Shown here one piece after another: positions 12,365 to 25,843 of a stretch of 64,000 nt of DNA. The stretch is taken from positions 4,898,001 through 4,962,000 of the forward strand of contig OZ361257.1 in the NCBI GenBank assembly GCA_977018835.1, given 5' to 3'. Source of the stretch: Minutocellus sp. GHC0000111 (taxonomy: Eukaryota). The position numbers were made by a program, and so were the translations under genes. Each line of letters opens with the position of its first letter. Position 1 is the stretch's first letter. Under the pieces are notes generated by a model. That model had not been told where the DNA came from, searched no databases, and saw only the letters and a list, made by a program, of their open reading frames with translations.

Positions 12365-12541
12365 CAGTCTGTTCTCACCTATAAGCAATTGGTAATTGCT
12401 TAGGTGAGGGCTGAGATTCTGAGCATATTGCTTATTCTAAGAGCTAATTGGTACCTCATTCCCATGTTATTCCTTATTCCAAAATAAGCAATTTGAGACC
12501 TCGGGCCCGAGTCTCAATTGCTTATAGGTGAGAACGGACTG
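12365..12541. mobile_element. 177-bp non-autonomous Tc1/mariner-type MITE
   Basis: 27-bp terminal inverted repeats CAGTCYGTTCTCACCTATAAGCAATTG (26/27 match), with TA on both sides (12363-64 and 12542-43); no coding capacity. Confidence 0.9.
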
Positions 12542-13197
12542 TAGAAGGAAGTGAAATGACACGGTCGTCGGCACGGTACGAGCAGTAAAGATAACAAGTT
12601 ACCACTTTTCACCATCAAAGCAAAGTAGAAGAGCTGCAGTATTGCCTGATGATATCAGCACCCAAAAATTTGGCAGAATTGTCGAGTAGAGTCTATTCTC
12701 TGTGGCGACAGCCTAAAAGAACCAAAAAAGTCTTTGTGTGATAGTGTGCCATTAGTTGATATATATCCATTTTGTAGTAGCAGTACTGTACAGAGTAAAA
12801 ACATCCGTCTCCCTCTCTCTTTCTCATTTTTTCGTTTGTTCTTCTTGCTTTGAAAGGCTCCTCCACTTCTTGCTCAGTTGTTCGTCAATGTGCAAGTCCA
12901 AAAGTGGTCAGAGCCCCCCTTCGCCTCGATTGGTCAATCATGTTCAAATGCGCGTGAGTGTGCAGGTGTGTGTGGAATGTCGATGGAGGACTTATCAACG
13001 AAGACAATCCTCGGATGTGTTGTGCGCTGGTATGGTGATGAGATTATGTGATGAAGTGTGCGATGCGTGATGATGGTGTGATAGCGAGCGTTCGTGCGTG
13101 CGTGGTGTTGTGATAGCTTGTGCGTATGGTATTGTTGTTTCCCCTCCCAAAATAATTCTCTAAAGTTATGTCGTAGATAGATAGCTTGAGCTTCGCC

Positions 13198-14622
13198 TTA
13201 GACTCGCCGCCCGGCACCGCCCATGCCTGCAGTGGCCCTGATGCCACCGCCCCGTCGCAGTGGGCTGGCCGAGTAGCGGCTGGTGCTGAGCGACCCAACG
13301 CTGCCGGAATCGGTGCTGTTGGTGCGAGGCCGGCCACCGTGGTAGCCCATGAGACTGACGTCGTCCTGCTGGGCTGCCTGAGGAGCAAAGCCTCCATGAT
13401 GATGGCTGCCGTTGGACACGGGTGCAGCGCCCGACGAGGACGGTGGGTGTCCACCGGTGGGCTCTCCAGAGGGCTGCTTGCCCGAGCTGGTAGTACTGGC
13501 ACCAGCGGAGGCCTTCTCCTGTAGGTCATATCCCATGCTGCTGGCGAAGATCTCACGGAGTCGCTCTCGGGCCGTACGGACGTCGTCGTCGCGATGGTCC
13601 AGTCCGACACGCTCGTACAGCTCGGCTAGGAATCGATGTCTGGCCCCGGCCGAGATACGGCTGAGGGAGATGTCGTCCATAACGTTGAGGACGGCCGAGT
13701 AGGCGATGGTGGACGAAGAGCAGTCGACGAAGAAGGCATCGCAGATGGACAGCTCGGCCAGATATCTTGCAAATTCGAAGATGTCCTTGCGCACACTCGA
13801 GTGGACCTGGGGCAGGAACAGGAGGAAGTGACTGACGAAGCTCACGACCGTGGGTGGGTGGACCATCCAATCGAGGTTGGAGAGAATTCGGAATTCCATC
13901 TCCTCAATGTCGGGTGGGAAGAACTGACCGCGGCTCAGATTTGACAAGGTGGTGAGCTTGATCTTCTTGGGTTCGTTGAGCTTGATGGCAATGTAGAGCG
14001 TGGTGAGAGATGTGAGGAGTGCCGAGCTTCCATTGCATCGATTTCCACGGGTGGCCAGATACCGATCGAACAGGTCGATACTGATGGCCACCGTCTCGCG
14101 GGACAGTTCGAAGTGATCGACGACACTGTATGACCTGCGTGTATAGGATTGAAGCAGGAGATGTGTCATGTTTTGAGGTGTAAGTTATATGTGACAAGTA
14201 TGTAAATATGAAGGCCATGAGGGAAAACTCCCACCTTAAAACAGGAAGAGTTCATGCGAGAAAAATTCCCGGTAGCAAAAGTAGAGTCCCTCCACTACTT
14301 ACCAGTGGCAAATTTTCTCTCGCCAAGACGAATTGAGTCGCACGTCCTGAGTGGGCTCGCTGTTGCCATTGGACGGGTTACCGTCCATGTCCTCGTCGGC
14401 CGCCTGCCTTCCGGCAGTGGCCTGAAGAAAAGCCTCCCCGAGACGGGAATAGCGGCTGTAATCGTAGGCATCGGCCTCCTGCGATCGCATGGTGTTTATG
14501 CGGTCGGCGATGCATGAGGCGGAAAGGCCGCCCCACGTCGAGGATTCTCCGATGCGTCGATTGATGCTGGAATCGCCGATGGACGCCACCGAGGCGGTAT
14601 CGACTTCCATGCTGGTGTTCAT
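13198..14622 (-). CDS. Cyclin (diatom-specific cyclin type), 2 exons
   Basis: WREKICHW-SYSVVDHFELSRETVAISIDLFDRYL cyclin box after splicing GT-AG intron 14302-14135; IEEMEFRILSNLDWMVHPPT. Confidence 0.9.
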
Positions 14623-15571
14623 GGTTGGGTTGTGACTTTTGCTTCCAGCGGTCGGCGGCAGGTCACAAGGCTGAAAAAAGACAGAACAAGGCGTCTGTCG
14701 AGCGAAAAGATGGCTGAGCGAGGAGATGTGATCAGACGAAATTCAATGCTTGTATTGAACCGTCTCAACCGTATCTTTGTCTCGACCAAATGGCTTGCTT
14801 ATGACTATAAATATGCACTTGCACGTAACTTCTCGACGAATCTTCCTCCTCACGCTGCTTCTTCCAGAGCCAGTGAATTGCGGTTATCAACACGGAGCGA
14901 GCGAGGCGGCAACTCCAACCAACGAGCGAACAAACGCGTGCTTACGTGTCGCGTCAAAATGTCATCGGAGGGCGACGATTGCCTTTCTTTGTGACGACAT
15001 ATTCCTCCTGTGACGTATAAAATTCCTCGTCAGCCTTGGATGATGGACAGACGCTTCAATGGGGGTGTACTTCCCTTTTTATTGCTCGAGCCCCGTGATA
15101 CTGATTCAGCCTTGAAGTCCAGAAAACAGCACGCTGCTGCGCTGCGCTGATGAAGGCTTGATGAAAGCAAGGAGACCTTGAACTCTAATTGCCTTATCAT
15201 CGGCAGATACACCCCTTTGCCGATGCATGCGCTTCATATTAGACGTGTATCTCCGTGTTCCCTTCCGCCAAGAGCCGAAATTTGAAACAAAGCACATCTT
15301 GTGCAGGAAAGAGTTCTGGCGTCTCGGTTCTTCCGCAGTGCGCGCTCATTTTTGGCGCCACTCACAACATAACTGGGACCGTTTGTGCTGCAAATACGCA
15401 GGGCAAACGCATCGAATTGCCGGGTTGTCTGTCTGATATCAGTGAAGCGGTTGAGCTGATTAGAGTTCTTCGGCCTCGTTAATTCGACTCGAGCCATTTC
15501 ACACTTTCTCGCGCTCCTGAATTCAGCCTAATTTTGACGAACGAGCCGTTTCCGTCTGTGAAAAGAACAAT

Positions 15572-18500
15572 ATGTCAAGCCCAAATCAATCCAAGAAGAG
15601 TCACGACGACGCCTCCTGTGCAAGCGCAGATGGTGATCCCCAGCCCCAAAGTGGCATTGCCGGTGCTCTGGCCGAACATGCCGCCGCTGCAGCTGCTACT
15701 GGCACTGCAACGACGTCAACTTCATATCGATCAGGGTACATGACTTCGGCCCTACAGAACAATCCTGAAGGTGGTGACGGCAACAACAAGGATGGGCATT
15801 TGAAGAATGATTCAGACCACAGTCTCGGCATAAACCAAGAACAACATGTGGAAGTGCAGTTCGATTCACCAGTGCGGCGAAATTTGCAAGCTGCGCTCAC
15901 GTCAGATGCCGACCTGGTCACCTCTGCAGATACTACTCCAACCCCAACGGCCTTTTTGGGATCTTCCCCCGACGATGCCGCCCTAGCCATGGCAGCGGGT
16001 GTGCTTTACGGCGGTACAAACGCTGCTGCTGCCGCTGCTGCCATGGCAGCATCGGTCAATGTCGGTGCGTCTGGTCCCTTTGGTAGTCCCGAAGCCTTCC
16101 TTTCAGGTGAGAATATTGATTTACCAACCTCCAACCCGGGTCAGCAACCGACTCCAGCGCATTCGTTGGCCACCAGCCCATACAATCCTTACGAAGATGA
16201 TGAAAGCGATGCCATCACACCCATCACCAACAACAAGATTCGTTTGGGTGCCGGCGGGCTGGGCGTCGGCGAGCTCAGCCATGGCATTCAGGTACCGATC
16301 CATGCTCTCAACATGCCCATCATCGATGAACAGGGCGCTGCCAGTATGGACTCACCTCCAGCCGAGTCGGTGGTCAGTGCCAAGCTCACCAGCGACGGAC
16401 TCTCCCCACCAGTTTTGGATTCGGCATCGGTAACTTCCAAGAGCTTTGTGGAGGATGACATTTCTCGGAATAGCGGTAGCATCGGTGGTGGTGGCGGTGG
16501 AATTCGTCCTCGACGAGGGCGGGTGCGCAGTTTGGACCATGCCCGTGCGGCAGGCAATAATGATGTGTTCATGACTGGCCTGCAGCAGCCGCACTTGGAC
16601 GATGTGCCAGAAGAAAGTTCTTTCGGGGGTGGTGCCCCGGCCTTTCGGGGAGGTGGCGATGGTGTCCCTCCCGTGGCACTTGGGGGTCCTCCCCCTCATC
16701 CACTTGCTGGCGGCGGTGGAAATGGTGGAATGGGTCGAAATACTCCCAATCGACCTCCCCGAGCACCGCCTCTACCGCCCCAGCCTCGGCCCCATGGGCA
16801 TCATGTTGGAACAGTTCAATTTAGTCACCGGCGAGGAGCAAGTTTGGGTGATCATAGCATTCTATCGGTGTTGACCGAACCGAGTTTGGAGGAAGGAGAT
16901 ATTGGAACCGGACCTCCAACAAGTACGAGTGGGAGTAGCCGGCGGAAGATATCGTGGGATTTTGATTCGACGTCTCCACGTCTAACATCGCCCAGAGGCG
17001 GCGTAGGACACCGGCATGTGGTCGGAGGTGGTGCAGGTGGAAATGTGCCCATGTCCATTCTTCAACCTGTACTATCGGAAGGCAACCTCCAGGGCCTCGA
17101 TAATACTGATTCTGAAAACGAATCGACCAAGGAGGGCAAGTCCGGCGATGTCTCGGGAAATGACATTGGCGAGGGAGAAGAGAAAGCTGCAAAAGAAAGA
17201 TTTGTCAGTACAAAACAAACATATCTTGAAATTTCTCCCGTTTCACCTGAAGCTGGAGGTGAGGGTGATACTTCTTCTCCAAAGCTACTTTCCCCCCCCG
17301 AACATCGCGAGGTGAATCTTTCGCACTCTACAGAGACATTTGCTACCAAAAATACCGCACCGCCTGCCAAGGAAAATGTATCTCTCAAGCTCAATACGCT
17401 GGGCAATGATTTCCAGAGTGTCTCTTTGAGGCCGCCGATTGCACAAAGCGGGGCCAAAATAATCACCGTTGCGGACATTGCGGCAAATCCGCACGAGGAG
17501 GAGGCTGAGACATCGATACTGAAGGCGATTGAGCGAAGGGAGTCCGAGCGGAAGGAGAGATCCAGGCGATCGATAAGTGGGCGTTCGAAAAAGATGGCGG
17601 GTATGAGCGATGCCGAGGCCGAGCAAGCTGCTGCAGCGCTTGGGGAGAATGAAACGGAAAGAGGGCTAACAAATGAGAAGGAAAACGTAGAATCTCAAGC
17701 TTCGCCAACAATCGCCACAAGAAGTGGTAGTAACAAAATGGTCGACTTGACTGAAAAACTCATGATGATGCAGCAGATGAATGTTTCCATTCGAAGCAAA
17801 CACGGCGTCGACGCAGAGGATAGTGAAATTCCCAATGTTCCCGAGGAGAATGCAATGCCGGTGTCATCGTTTGCACACTACGGAGTTGAAGCATTGGTAC
17901 AAGATGGGGCGAAGTTGTTTCGAAGAAGCAAGTCGAAGACCAAGAATTCTCAAAATATCAATGCCGAGGCATCATCTAGCGCGGGCACTCCAACAGCAAA
18001 GTCGCGGTGGGGTAACCTCCGAGGAGCCGTTGTGACCGGCGCAGTAACCAAAGAAAAGGTGAACGATGACAGCACCGGGGGCGGTGATATTGAAGACCAG
18101 AAGTCAGGACGCAACCAAGGCGAAGCCACTACTACCGATGCACCCGATGCTGACAGCGGTAATGGCGCAAAAACATTTCGAGAAAAGGGCAAGCGTGAAC
18201 TTCACGAAGTCGGCCTTGCTTTCAAAGAGGAGGTCCAACCGAGGAAAAAGATCATAATGCAAAGGGCCAAGTGGCTTCTCTTTGGTCTAATTCTCCCTGC
18301 CTTGCTCGTCGCGTCTGTGTTATTTTACGCATTGAAAAATCCCCTCGTCTGCACTCCAATAGAAGACAACGACGCGTGCGCATCGTGGTCGTGGTGGATA
18401 ATTTTCATCCTCGTCCGACAGCCAATAACGCTGTTTGCTGCTCGGGCGTTTGAGATATTCATCGTCGACATATTTTCTCTGCGAACTAGAATCTCGCTCC

Positions 18501-20456
18501 GTATTTGGGGGCCTTTCATCACACTTTGGATCGTTCAGTCAAAAGGATGGCCCTCCCTTATCACTCTCTGGGCCATCATCGATTTTATTGTTTTGTATGG
18601 TAGATCAGAATGGACAAATCACTGGCTCTTTTGGCAACAGGTGAGTGTGATATTATGGTGTCTTGTTGATTTATTGTCAATCAAGCTGCCAAAATTGACT
18701 TACTTACCGCTCGCTATTCTCAAAAATCCCAGGCAATCGATCTGTGCAATGCAAACAATCCAGCTGGAGATGTCCTAGATTCATCGGCATACACGCGATT
18801 ACTGTCTGCCGCCATAACTGCTGGCGTTCTCACAGGATTGAAGCGGCTGTGGCTATCATCTTATCTCGGGACAAGGACATGTGGTACGTGTGTCATTGTG
18901 AATACAAACAGAAGTTATTGTGGATAAGAGAAGATGTTTGCTAACGCCTTCCTATATCATCTATCCTTATTGTCTCGCGCATACAGACCACTACGGCTCA
19001 AAACTGGAGGACCTCATGCGAGAAATGGTCTTAATTTCGGAGATCTCGAATCTTTCCAAGGAAATCCGATCTCTTCAACGTGCTGGTATGAAGCGCTCCA
19101 ACCCTAATCCCGCTCGGCTCCAGCAATGGAACATGTCGTTTGCTTCTGCCAGTGAGGAGTCAATCGGGGCACAAGATTTTGACCTTCATGCAACGACCAA
19201 GCTTCAACTCACCCACATGTTAGGTGAGTGGGAAGAGCCAGATATACCCCCATCGGCGCGAAAGAATGACACTCCGTGGAACGATGCTCAAGGTTCTGTA
19301 AACGACGTTCTCCAATTCCGCCAGGCCGTATCATTGCTTGATACTCCGTGTCCATTCTCGCTTACCTTTGGGAAATGCTCTACCCGAGAAGAGTGCATTG
19401 AATCCGCCCAAACGGTATACGAGCGACTTTTGCTCCAGACTCCGGACGAAGATCTATTGCCCTTCGAGACCATGTCTTTTGTTGCACTAGACGAAAACCA
19501 CTCTATCGATGATGCCAAAATGAAACGACTCATCCGTCTATTTCGTCCCGACCGAAGTGGCAAGTTGTCCAAGCTGGATTTCGTCAAGAGCGTGGATTCT
19601 GTCTACAAGAAATTCAGAATGTTGAGGGCATCCATCTACAACTCAAGTCAAATCGACGAAGCCTTCGAGCGCCTAATCAACACCGTCTACTATTTCCTCC
19701 TTTGGATGCTCATCCTCTCAATCCTTGACCTCAACCCCTGGCCTTTCATTGCCTCGCTCACGGGAGTTTTGGTTTCCTTCGCATTTTGCTTCGGCTCGGC
19801 CGCGTCCAAGTACTTTGAAGGACTACTTCTGATCTTTGTTCGACGCCCTTACGACATAGGGGACAAGATCGCCATTAGCCCCGTCGACGATGTGTCCAAC
19901 CCAGACGGATCTTCTGCATGGTTTGTAGAGGGAGTATCGCTATTTACCACAACCGCTCGGTATGCAACGACAAATGAAGTTGCAACCTTTAGCAACGGTA
20001 GTCTCGCCAACTCCAGGATCATCAACGCCGCTCGCTCTCCCAAGGCGCAAGTGTACGTCTACTTCAAGTTTGGGCTGGATGTGCCCCACGAAAAGGTTCT
20101 TCTATTTCGCGATAGCCTGGAGAGCTTTGTCAAGGCCCGACCGAGAGAATGGATTGCCATGAGTGCTTTCCGAACGAAATCTGTCGAGGCTGATCTCGGC
20201 TACGTAGAGTATAGTGTCGTCTTGGTACATCGTGAGAAGTGGCAAAGTTTGCCCGCGATCCTTGATAGCAAGGCAGACATCCAGTCCTTTGCTGTGGAGG
20301 TGTCGCGTAGACTTGGTATTCGCTACGTGGCACCACCCATGGGAGTCATGCTGGACAACTGCGGCAGACGCAGCTGACCAGGGCGGTTCAAGCGCCGGAT
20401 CCTCGGAGAGGGAGGCCCTCATGGGCTTGGCGCAAGAATTTATGCGGAAGGATTGA
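15572..20456 (+). CDS. MscS-like mechanosensitive channel (paralog 2), 3 exons
   Basis: FAFCFGSAASKYFEG, RPYDIGDKI and SRIINAARSP motifs; introns 18641-18732 and 18884-18986. Stop is at 20377, or at 20456 if there is a terminal frameshift. Confidence 0.88.
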
Positions 20457-20547
20457 ACGCCTAGCTAGACTCGCCTCTCTCATCTATATATCCGCGCTGC
20501 TGCGCCTTGTTATAAATTAGAAAATTATGTGTTGTTTGTCCTTGCCG

Positions 20548-22994
20548 TCATATGCTGTTTGTACATGTAGCCGATGTCTTCTCCAGCAACTTCTCATTTA
20601 CTTGCCTCACGGCATCCCTCTGACCCTTGAACCTCTTTTCCGCCGACGCTTGCTGTCGCAGTAGGGCTGATAGTTCGTGTTCCAGTGCACCAATAATTTC
20701 TTGCAGGGGGGCACCATCCCCTTGCTCGTCTGGCGATTCCTCGGTCGAGGGGGGTGGTAGTTTGCAATCGAACTTGCCTTCTAACTCAGAAATAGCCTCG
20801 GCCAACTCCGATGGCTTTTGAACAAGAGCCATGCAGTCTTCAAGCCCCCCGAGTAGTCCCTGGACGGCGATTCCTGCTTGGCAATCTTTCTAGAAAGCCC
20901 AACGGTAAATTGATTTTTCTCTTTGACCTTTACCTGCATCGCTGAGACAACGGTGCCCAAACCGTCGGTCTTTTGGTTGAGTGTGTCAGTCTCGGCGGTT
21001 AATGCGGCGCTCTGAAGATCAATATCGGCAGCTTCCTTATGCCTCCGTTCAATCCGGGCCAAAATGCTGCTGGACCGATTCTCGAGAGCGGTGATATATT
21101 CTTCCAGGCCATGCATCTCCTCATGAAGATCAGCGAGATGGCTATTCTGAGCTTCGAGCGTGCTGACTTTACCGCCATACACTTCGTCGAGGGCCGCGGC
21201 CTCTTCCTGTACGAGTGATTCCTCCCTCTTGAGATTCTCCTCAACCATCAGCTGATTTTGCACCGTGTCCTTGTTGCTTTCGATCTGAGCCAGTGCAGAT
21301 GTAATCTTCTTCTTGAGAATTCCATTGCTACTCATCAAGTGAAGAGCTGCATCACGCTCCGCTTCAAGCTTCTCTTGATACTGTCTTTTGATGGATTCAA
21401 CCCCAGCGTCTAATTCTTCCCCGACGACCTCCTGGGCAATACCAAACTCTTCTTGTAGGGCCAAGAGCTTCTTCTCGAGCCCAACCCTCTTATTGTACTC
21501 GGTCTCGAAACGCTCCTCGAGCTCATTCTGAAGTGTTTGCACTTGATGTCGATGATCCAGGGCCAGTATTCGACGTTCTTGTTGGATGCGGTCGAGCCCT
21601 TTGGTCACAAAGGTTTCGGTTGCTTTGGACGTACGGACGTGTTTGGCAAGCTCCCTTCTCCTCTCCTCTTCAATACGATTGGTCTCTTCTGTGTGGCGAA
21701 GGGCCATTTCTCTTTGTTCGCGCTCAGCTTTCAATTTCGTTGCAATGACCTCCATTTCCAAAGAATGGAGACGCTCAGCCCTATTCTCGCCCTCCTCAAG
21801 ACAGGCTGCCCTGGCCTTTTCAACATCTTCGATAATTGAATTTTCTTTCCGGCGGATGTTGAACTCATGGTCGATCTTCGAGTCGTTGATGCTACGCTGG
21901 AGGTTGTCGACGGCATTGGCCAGATCATCCAGCTGCTGATTAGATATGAGCAGAGCGGCTCCGTCATCTACAGCATAGGCGGAAGTCTTGTTCTCACAGG
22001 CCCCGCGGCGATGGTCAGTAATGGCGTAAACCGATAGCCCGCCCGATGTCCCGGCTACAACCAAAGCGTCGTCGCTCTCAGAAACATGCAGATGCGATAT
22101 AGAATCTTCCAAAGGAATGTCCTCAAGAATCTTCTTCGTCTCACCAATTGCGCTCAAAAGTCGAAGGACGTGCCCAGCAGGTGCGTCGACCCCAACAAAG
22201 ACTAGACTGGAATCTGGGCTCGAAGCCGCCATTGCTTGAATCTTATCGCTGCTGAGACCGCCCAAGGTGCCCCCAGTAATAGTTTCAAGAGACGACGTGG
22301 ATAATTTCTGGATGGTACCGTCCACCAAGACCCAAACTTGGTCCTTGGTGGGTAGAGTAATTGAAGGCGCCGGCGAAGCATCCGTTGAATGTTCCCCCAA
22401 CCTCAGCGAACACTCAAGAATACAGTTCCCCCTAGACATGTCTATAGACCATCGCCCTAATGTTGTGGCTTCATCTAATGTATACAACATCGAGTTACAT
22501 GGGCTCCACGCAGTCGCTACAACACTTGCGCCGGTTCCAACAATCTCGCATATCTTGGTTGCCTTCATAAAGTCGAAGAGAGAGATTCTACTGCCATGAG
22601 CCACAGCTAGGACACTGCCGCCTCGGTTGAAACTCACATTGGATGGCTGTGGCAACTTAAACTCCAGGAAGGGATGGAGGTCACCATCGACAATATGAGC
22701 GAGGCAGATCTGATCGCCAAAGGTATAAGCGGCCGCCAAGCCCGAGGGATGCAACGCTACTGAAGATAGTGGATCATGCAACGATTTTGTCAGGACCTTG
22801 CCCCTGGATTGATGAAAGAGGAAGACAGTGCCGTCTGAAGTTCCAGCAAGTATGAGAGGCTTGGTCCTACAGGCGTCGATGCATGTTATTGGCAAGTCAG
22901 TTTCCAAGTGGGTTGGATCTCCTAGCGTTATGGGAGGGGGCATGTTGTCGGAAAGTGAGAGTACGATCGCAGTAAGTGGTCCTCGGCATACCAT
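20548..22994 (-). CDS. WD40 + long coiled-coil protein resembling CFAP57/WDR65; frameshift near 20830-20860
   Basis: WD-type N-half (SVALHPSG, VSFNRGGSVLAVA), then coiled coil containing IKRQYQEKLEAER..LMSSNGILKKK, which resembles CFAP57. Confidence 0.6.
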
Positions 22995-23104
22995 CTTGAC
23001 CTACATGTAAACGTCATGTTGCGTCACTACCCTCTACTACAGTAGAAATATTCCTCTCAGCTCTCGCTCAGCTTCATTCACCTCTCGCTAAATAAATTCG
23101 ACGA

Positions 23105-24829
23105 CTACCGGGTTGAATAATGTCGCCGAAGATCTTGGTACCATTGTGGCTCGTCCATGCAGACGGTTGTCTCTTGCTTTGTTATTGGATGTGGAAACGA
23201 TATTTCTAATGCAAAAAGGAAAAGGCGACAATGTGGATAGTCCTTTACTTTCGCCGTTTCCAACAAATCACCATCGGCAAGTGACAGCATTACATGATTA
23301 GTGCTCACAAGTTTTGTCGACTCCTCGCTCTTTCGTCGTTTTTGCTCGTGATCATTCTCCTTCTTGGTGTAGGGCCCGTACCGTTTGTCTCCAAATATCG
23401 GGCAACCCATAGCCTTCATATGTTTGCGGAGTTGATGCTTTCGCCCAGTGGTAGGGAATAGATCGACTGTCGTAATCCACCCATTTGTTCCGGGTTCCGA
23501 GCAAGGTGTATACTCAATGACCTGCCACTTCGTTTTTGAATCTTTTCCATCGATGGGCGTCTCGATGACGCCGCTTGGCAGGCTGTCCTTGCTGCAATCA
23601 TCATTACCGCTCTCTCCGCCACCTTTGCCAAGCCGACCAAAGACGATGGCACGATATCTCTTCCGACAACTTCTAGCCTTGAAGCATTTCTTGAGTTCAA
23701 TTTCGGCCGACTTGGTCTTGGCAAGCACCAATAATCCACCTGTGGGGGCATCGAGGCGATGGACCGCCACAGGCTTACCCAGTGGCTCATCTGGACTTCG
23801 TTTGGCACCCCCATCTTCTGTGGCCCTTGAGGCTTTTGTGCCTTTGAGTGCCATAAATAAATCAGAACGTGCAAGGGATGGCCGGCCGCCCATCACATTC
23901 ACGCCCTGGGGCTTTACGACTACTGCCATTACCTCATCGTCGTACACAATCTCCAAGGGGCGCCGCAATACTGCTGGGACACGTTCAATTTCAGGTGGAA
24001 TGGAAGTATCGCCCGAATCATCGTTATTCGTAGCATGAGCCGTTATGTAGTGTGATTTTATCCCTCTGATTGATGGGAACTTCTTGCCACATCCGCCACA
24101 TATCAAATGCTTGCTTTCATTCTCACGAGGGTGGAGGTGGATGGTTCGATAGTCTTGTGTTGTAGTAGAATCATTCACCATCTCACTTTGAGATAACTCT
24201 CTGTGCAGGACGAGACGCCACTTCAGCGGGCACGATGACTGTCTGCAGCAGGACGAGGACGGCTGGATGTTATCACCATCACTGTATTGCACACGTATCT
24301 TTGAGCCTTTTGGCAAGAATATAGCCCGGCCAATGAGGGTCGAAGTCAGATATGTTTGTCCTTGTGTGTGTCGGACGACATCTTCTTGCTTGGAAATGGA
24401 ATTGTTAGCGTCGGTAGAGGCATCATTTGGGCGTACCAGAGCAATTGGATCATCCTTTCCCGTCGGTAAAGGCAGACAAATCATCACGGAATCGTCGCTA
24501 GTTGTAGCGACGTGATCATCAGATGCAGCATCAGAATTCCGAGGACCAACCAACTCAGCTTGGCATCTGCAGCCGCAATAAGTGTCACCCGCCGATGACG
24601 ATTGTTCTTTGCGCTTCTTGTTCTTGTTATCGCAAGACGACCGATGATCAGTTGAGCCAGTTGGGTCATTGAGACTGGTCTCAAATGGCGCACCGGGATG
24701 TCCAAAGCATAGCGCATAAATGCCGTGCATGGGTGCAACGGCAGCATCTTGCTCGTCACCTTCTTTGTTGTTAGTACATGTAGATGGCGACGGCGAGAGA
24801 AGCTGGGAGGACCACTTTGGTGGGGGCAT
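23105..24829 (-). CDS. RluA-family pseudouridine synthase with C2H2 zinc finger
   Basis: VVKPQG, HRLDAPTGG, TGRKHQLRKH and PIFGDKRY motifs; CGGCGKKF..IKSHYITAH zinc finger. Confidence 0.9.
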   Translation of the reverse strand: MPPPKWSSQLLSPSPSTCTNNKEGDEQDAAVAPMHGIYALCFGHPGAPFETSLNDPTGSTDHRSSCDNKNKKRKEQSSSAGDTYCGCRCQAELVGPRNSDAASDDHVATTSDDSVMICLPLPTGKDDPIALVRPNDASTDANNSISKQEDVVRHTQGQTYLTSTLIGRAIFLPKGSKIRVQYSDGDNIQPSSSCCRQSSCPLKWRLVLHRELSQSEMVNDSTTTQDYRTIHLHPRENESKHLICGGCGKKFPSIRGIKSHYITAHATNNDDSGDTSIPPEIERVPAVLRRPLEIVYDDEVMAVVVKPQGVNVMGGRPSLARSDLFMALKGTKASRATEDGGAKRSPDEPLGKPVAVHRLDAPTGGLLVLAKTKSAEIELKKCFKARSCRKRYRAIVFGRLGKGGGESGNDDCSKDSLPSGVIETPIDGKDSKTKWQVIEYTPCSEPGTNGWITTVDLFPTTGRKHQLRKHMKAMGCPIFGDKRYGPYTKKENDHEQKRRKSEESTKLVSTNHVMLSLADGDLLETAKVKDYPHCRLFLFALEISFPHPITKQETTVCMDEPQWYQDLRRHYSTR

Positions 24830-25843
24830 GCTTGTGATGTGACTGAATTCTACTACTAGTATGGGACGAACTTCAGAAATAGATAACTCGATATTTTCAA
24901 GAGATATTTCACCGGTGGTACTGCGTTTTGGTCTATTGGTGAACTAAGGGTGCCTGCGTCGAGAAAAGTGCCCGCAAGCAGTCATGAGTGATTGGCGTGA
25001 TCGGGCCGCTCAAAAAGTTCTGCTACGGTCGACAGACGGACTCTCCCTTGACCATTTTTGTCTCTGATCTTTCCGGGCATCTGCCCCAACACTTCGATTT
25101 GTGCTGGATCTACCGGTGACACCCTGTTGTCAACAATGTTGCGCTGGCGGGACCACATCAATATCAGGGTTGGTTAACCTGAACATATTCTCAAAAATAA
25201 TTTTGGAGATATGTGAAAGAGACGCACAAATTTTCCTTTTCCCTTGCCTTCAACACGCCTCCATGTCCTCCCGTGCCTAGCTCGTGCCATCGGAATTCGA
25301 AAGGCAGCCGAAGCAGAACAAAAAGTGGCACGGCAGAACCGGCAGGACTGGAGGTTGGCCGTCGCCGAGAAGTTATCCTCCGCCATAATTCTTGAGAACC
25401 TGGCAGTTGGGCAATCAAGGTAAGCCTTTGCTATTGCCCTGTGGTGGTGCATGTTTCTCGTCTCGGTCTGTATCTCTGGTATCTCGAGATGTTTCGGCGG
25501 GCGGCCGGTGGTTGACAGGACGGCGGGCGTGTCATTCTTTCTTCTTCTTTTCGGTTCGAATTTGCGAATCTCGGCATTTGTGCTGGCTGGCTGGCAGAAG
25601 CAAGTTTGATGCCAATTCGCATTGGGTGTCATTGCTCGGCCATGAGGCAACGCATGCCTTGCGGATTGTCATCGGTATCTTCCCTGCATCTTCTCGTATT
25701 GTTGTTTTCAAATCTCACCCATTCTTTTCCCCTTCGGCATTTTTTTGTTCTCATTTTCCCATAATTGTTTTTGTGCGTGAACCTTTCTCGTCAGCCAGCC
25801 AGCATTGCTGCCTGTCATTGCTCAACACAATGAGCAAAAATAA

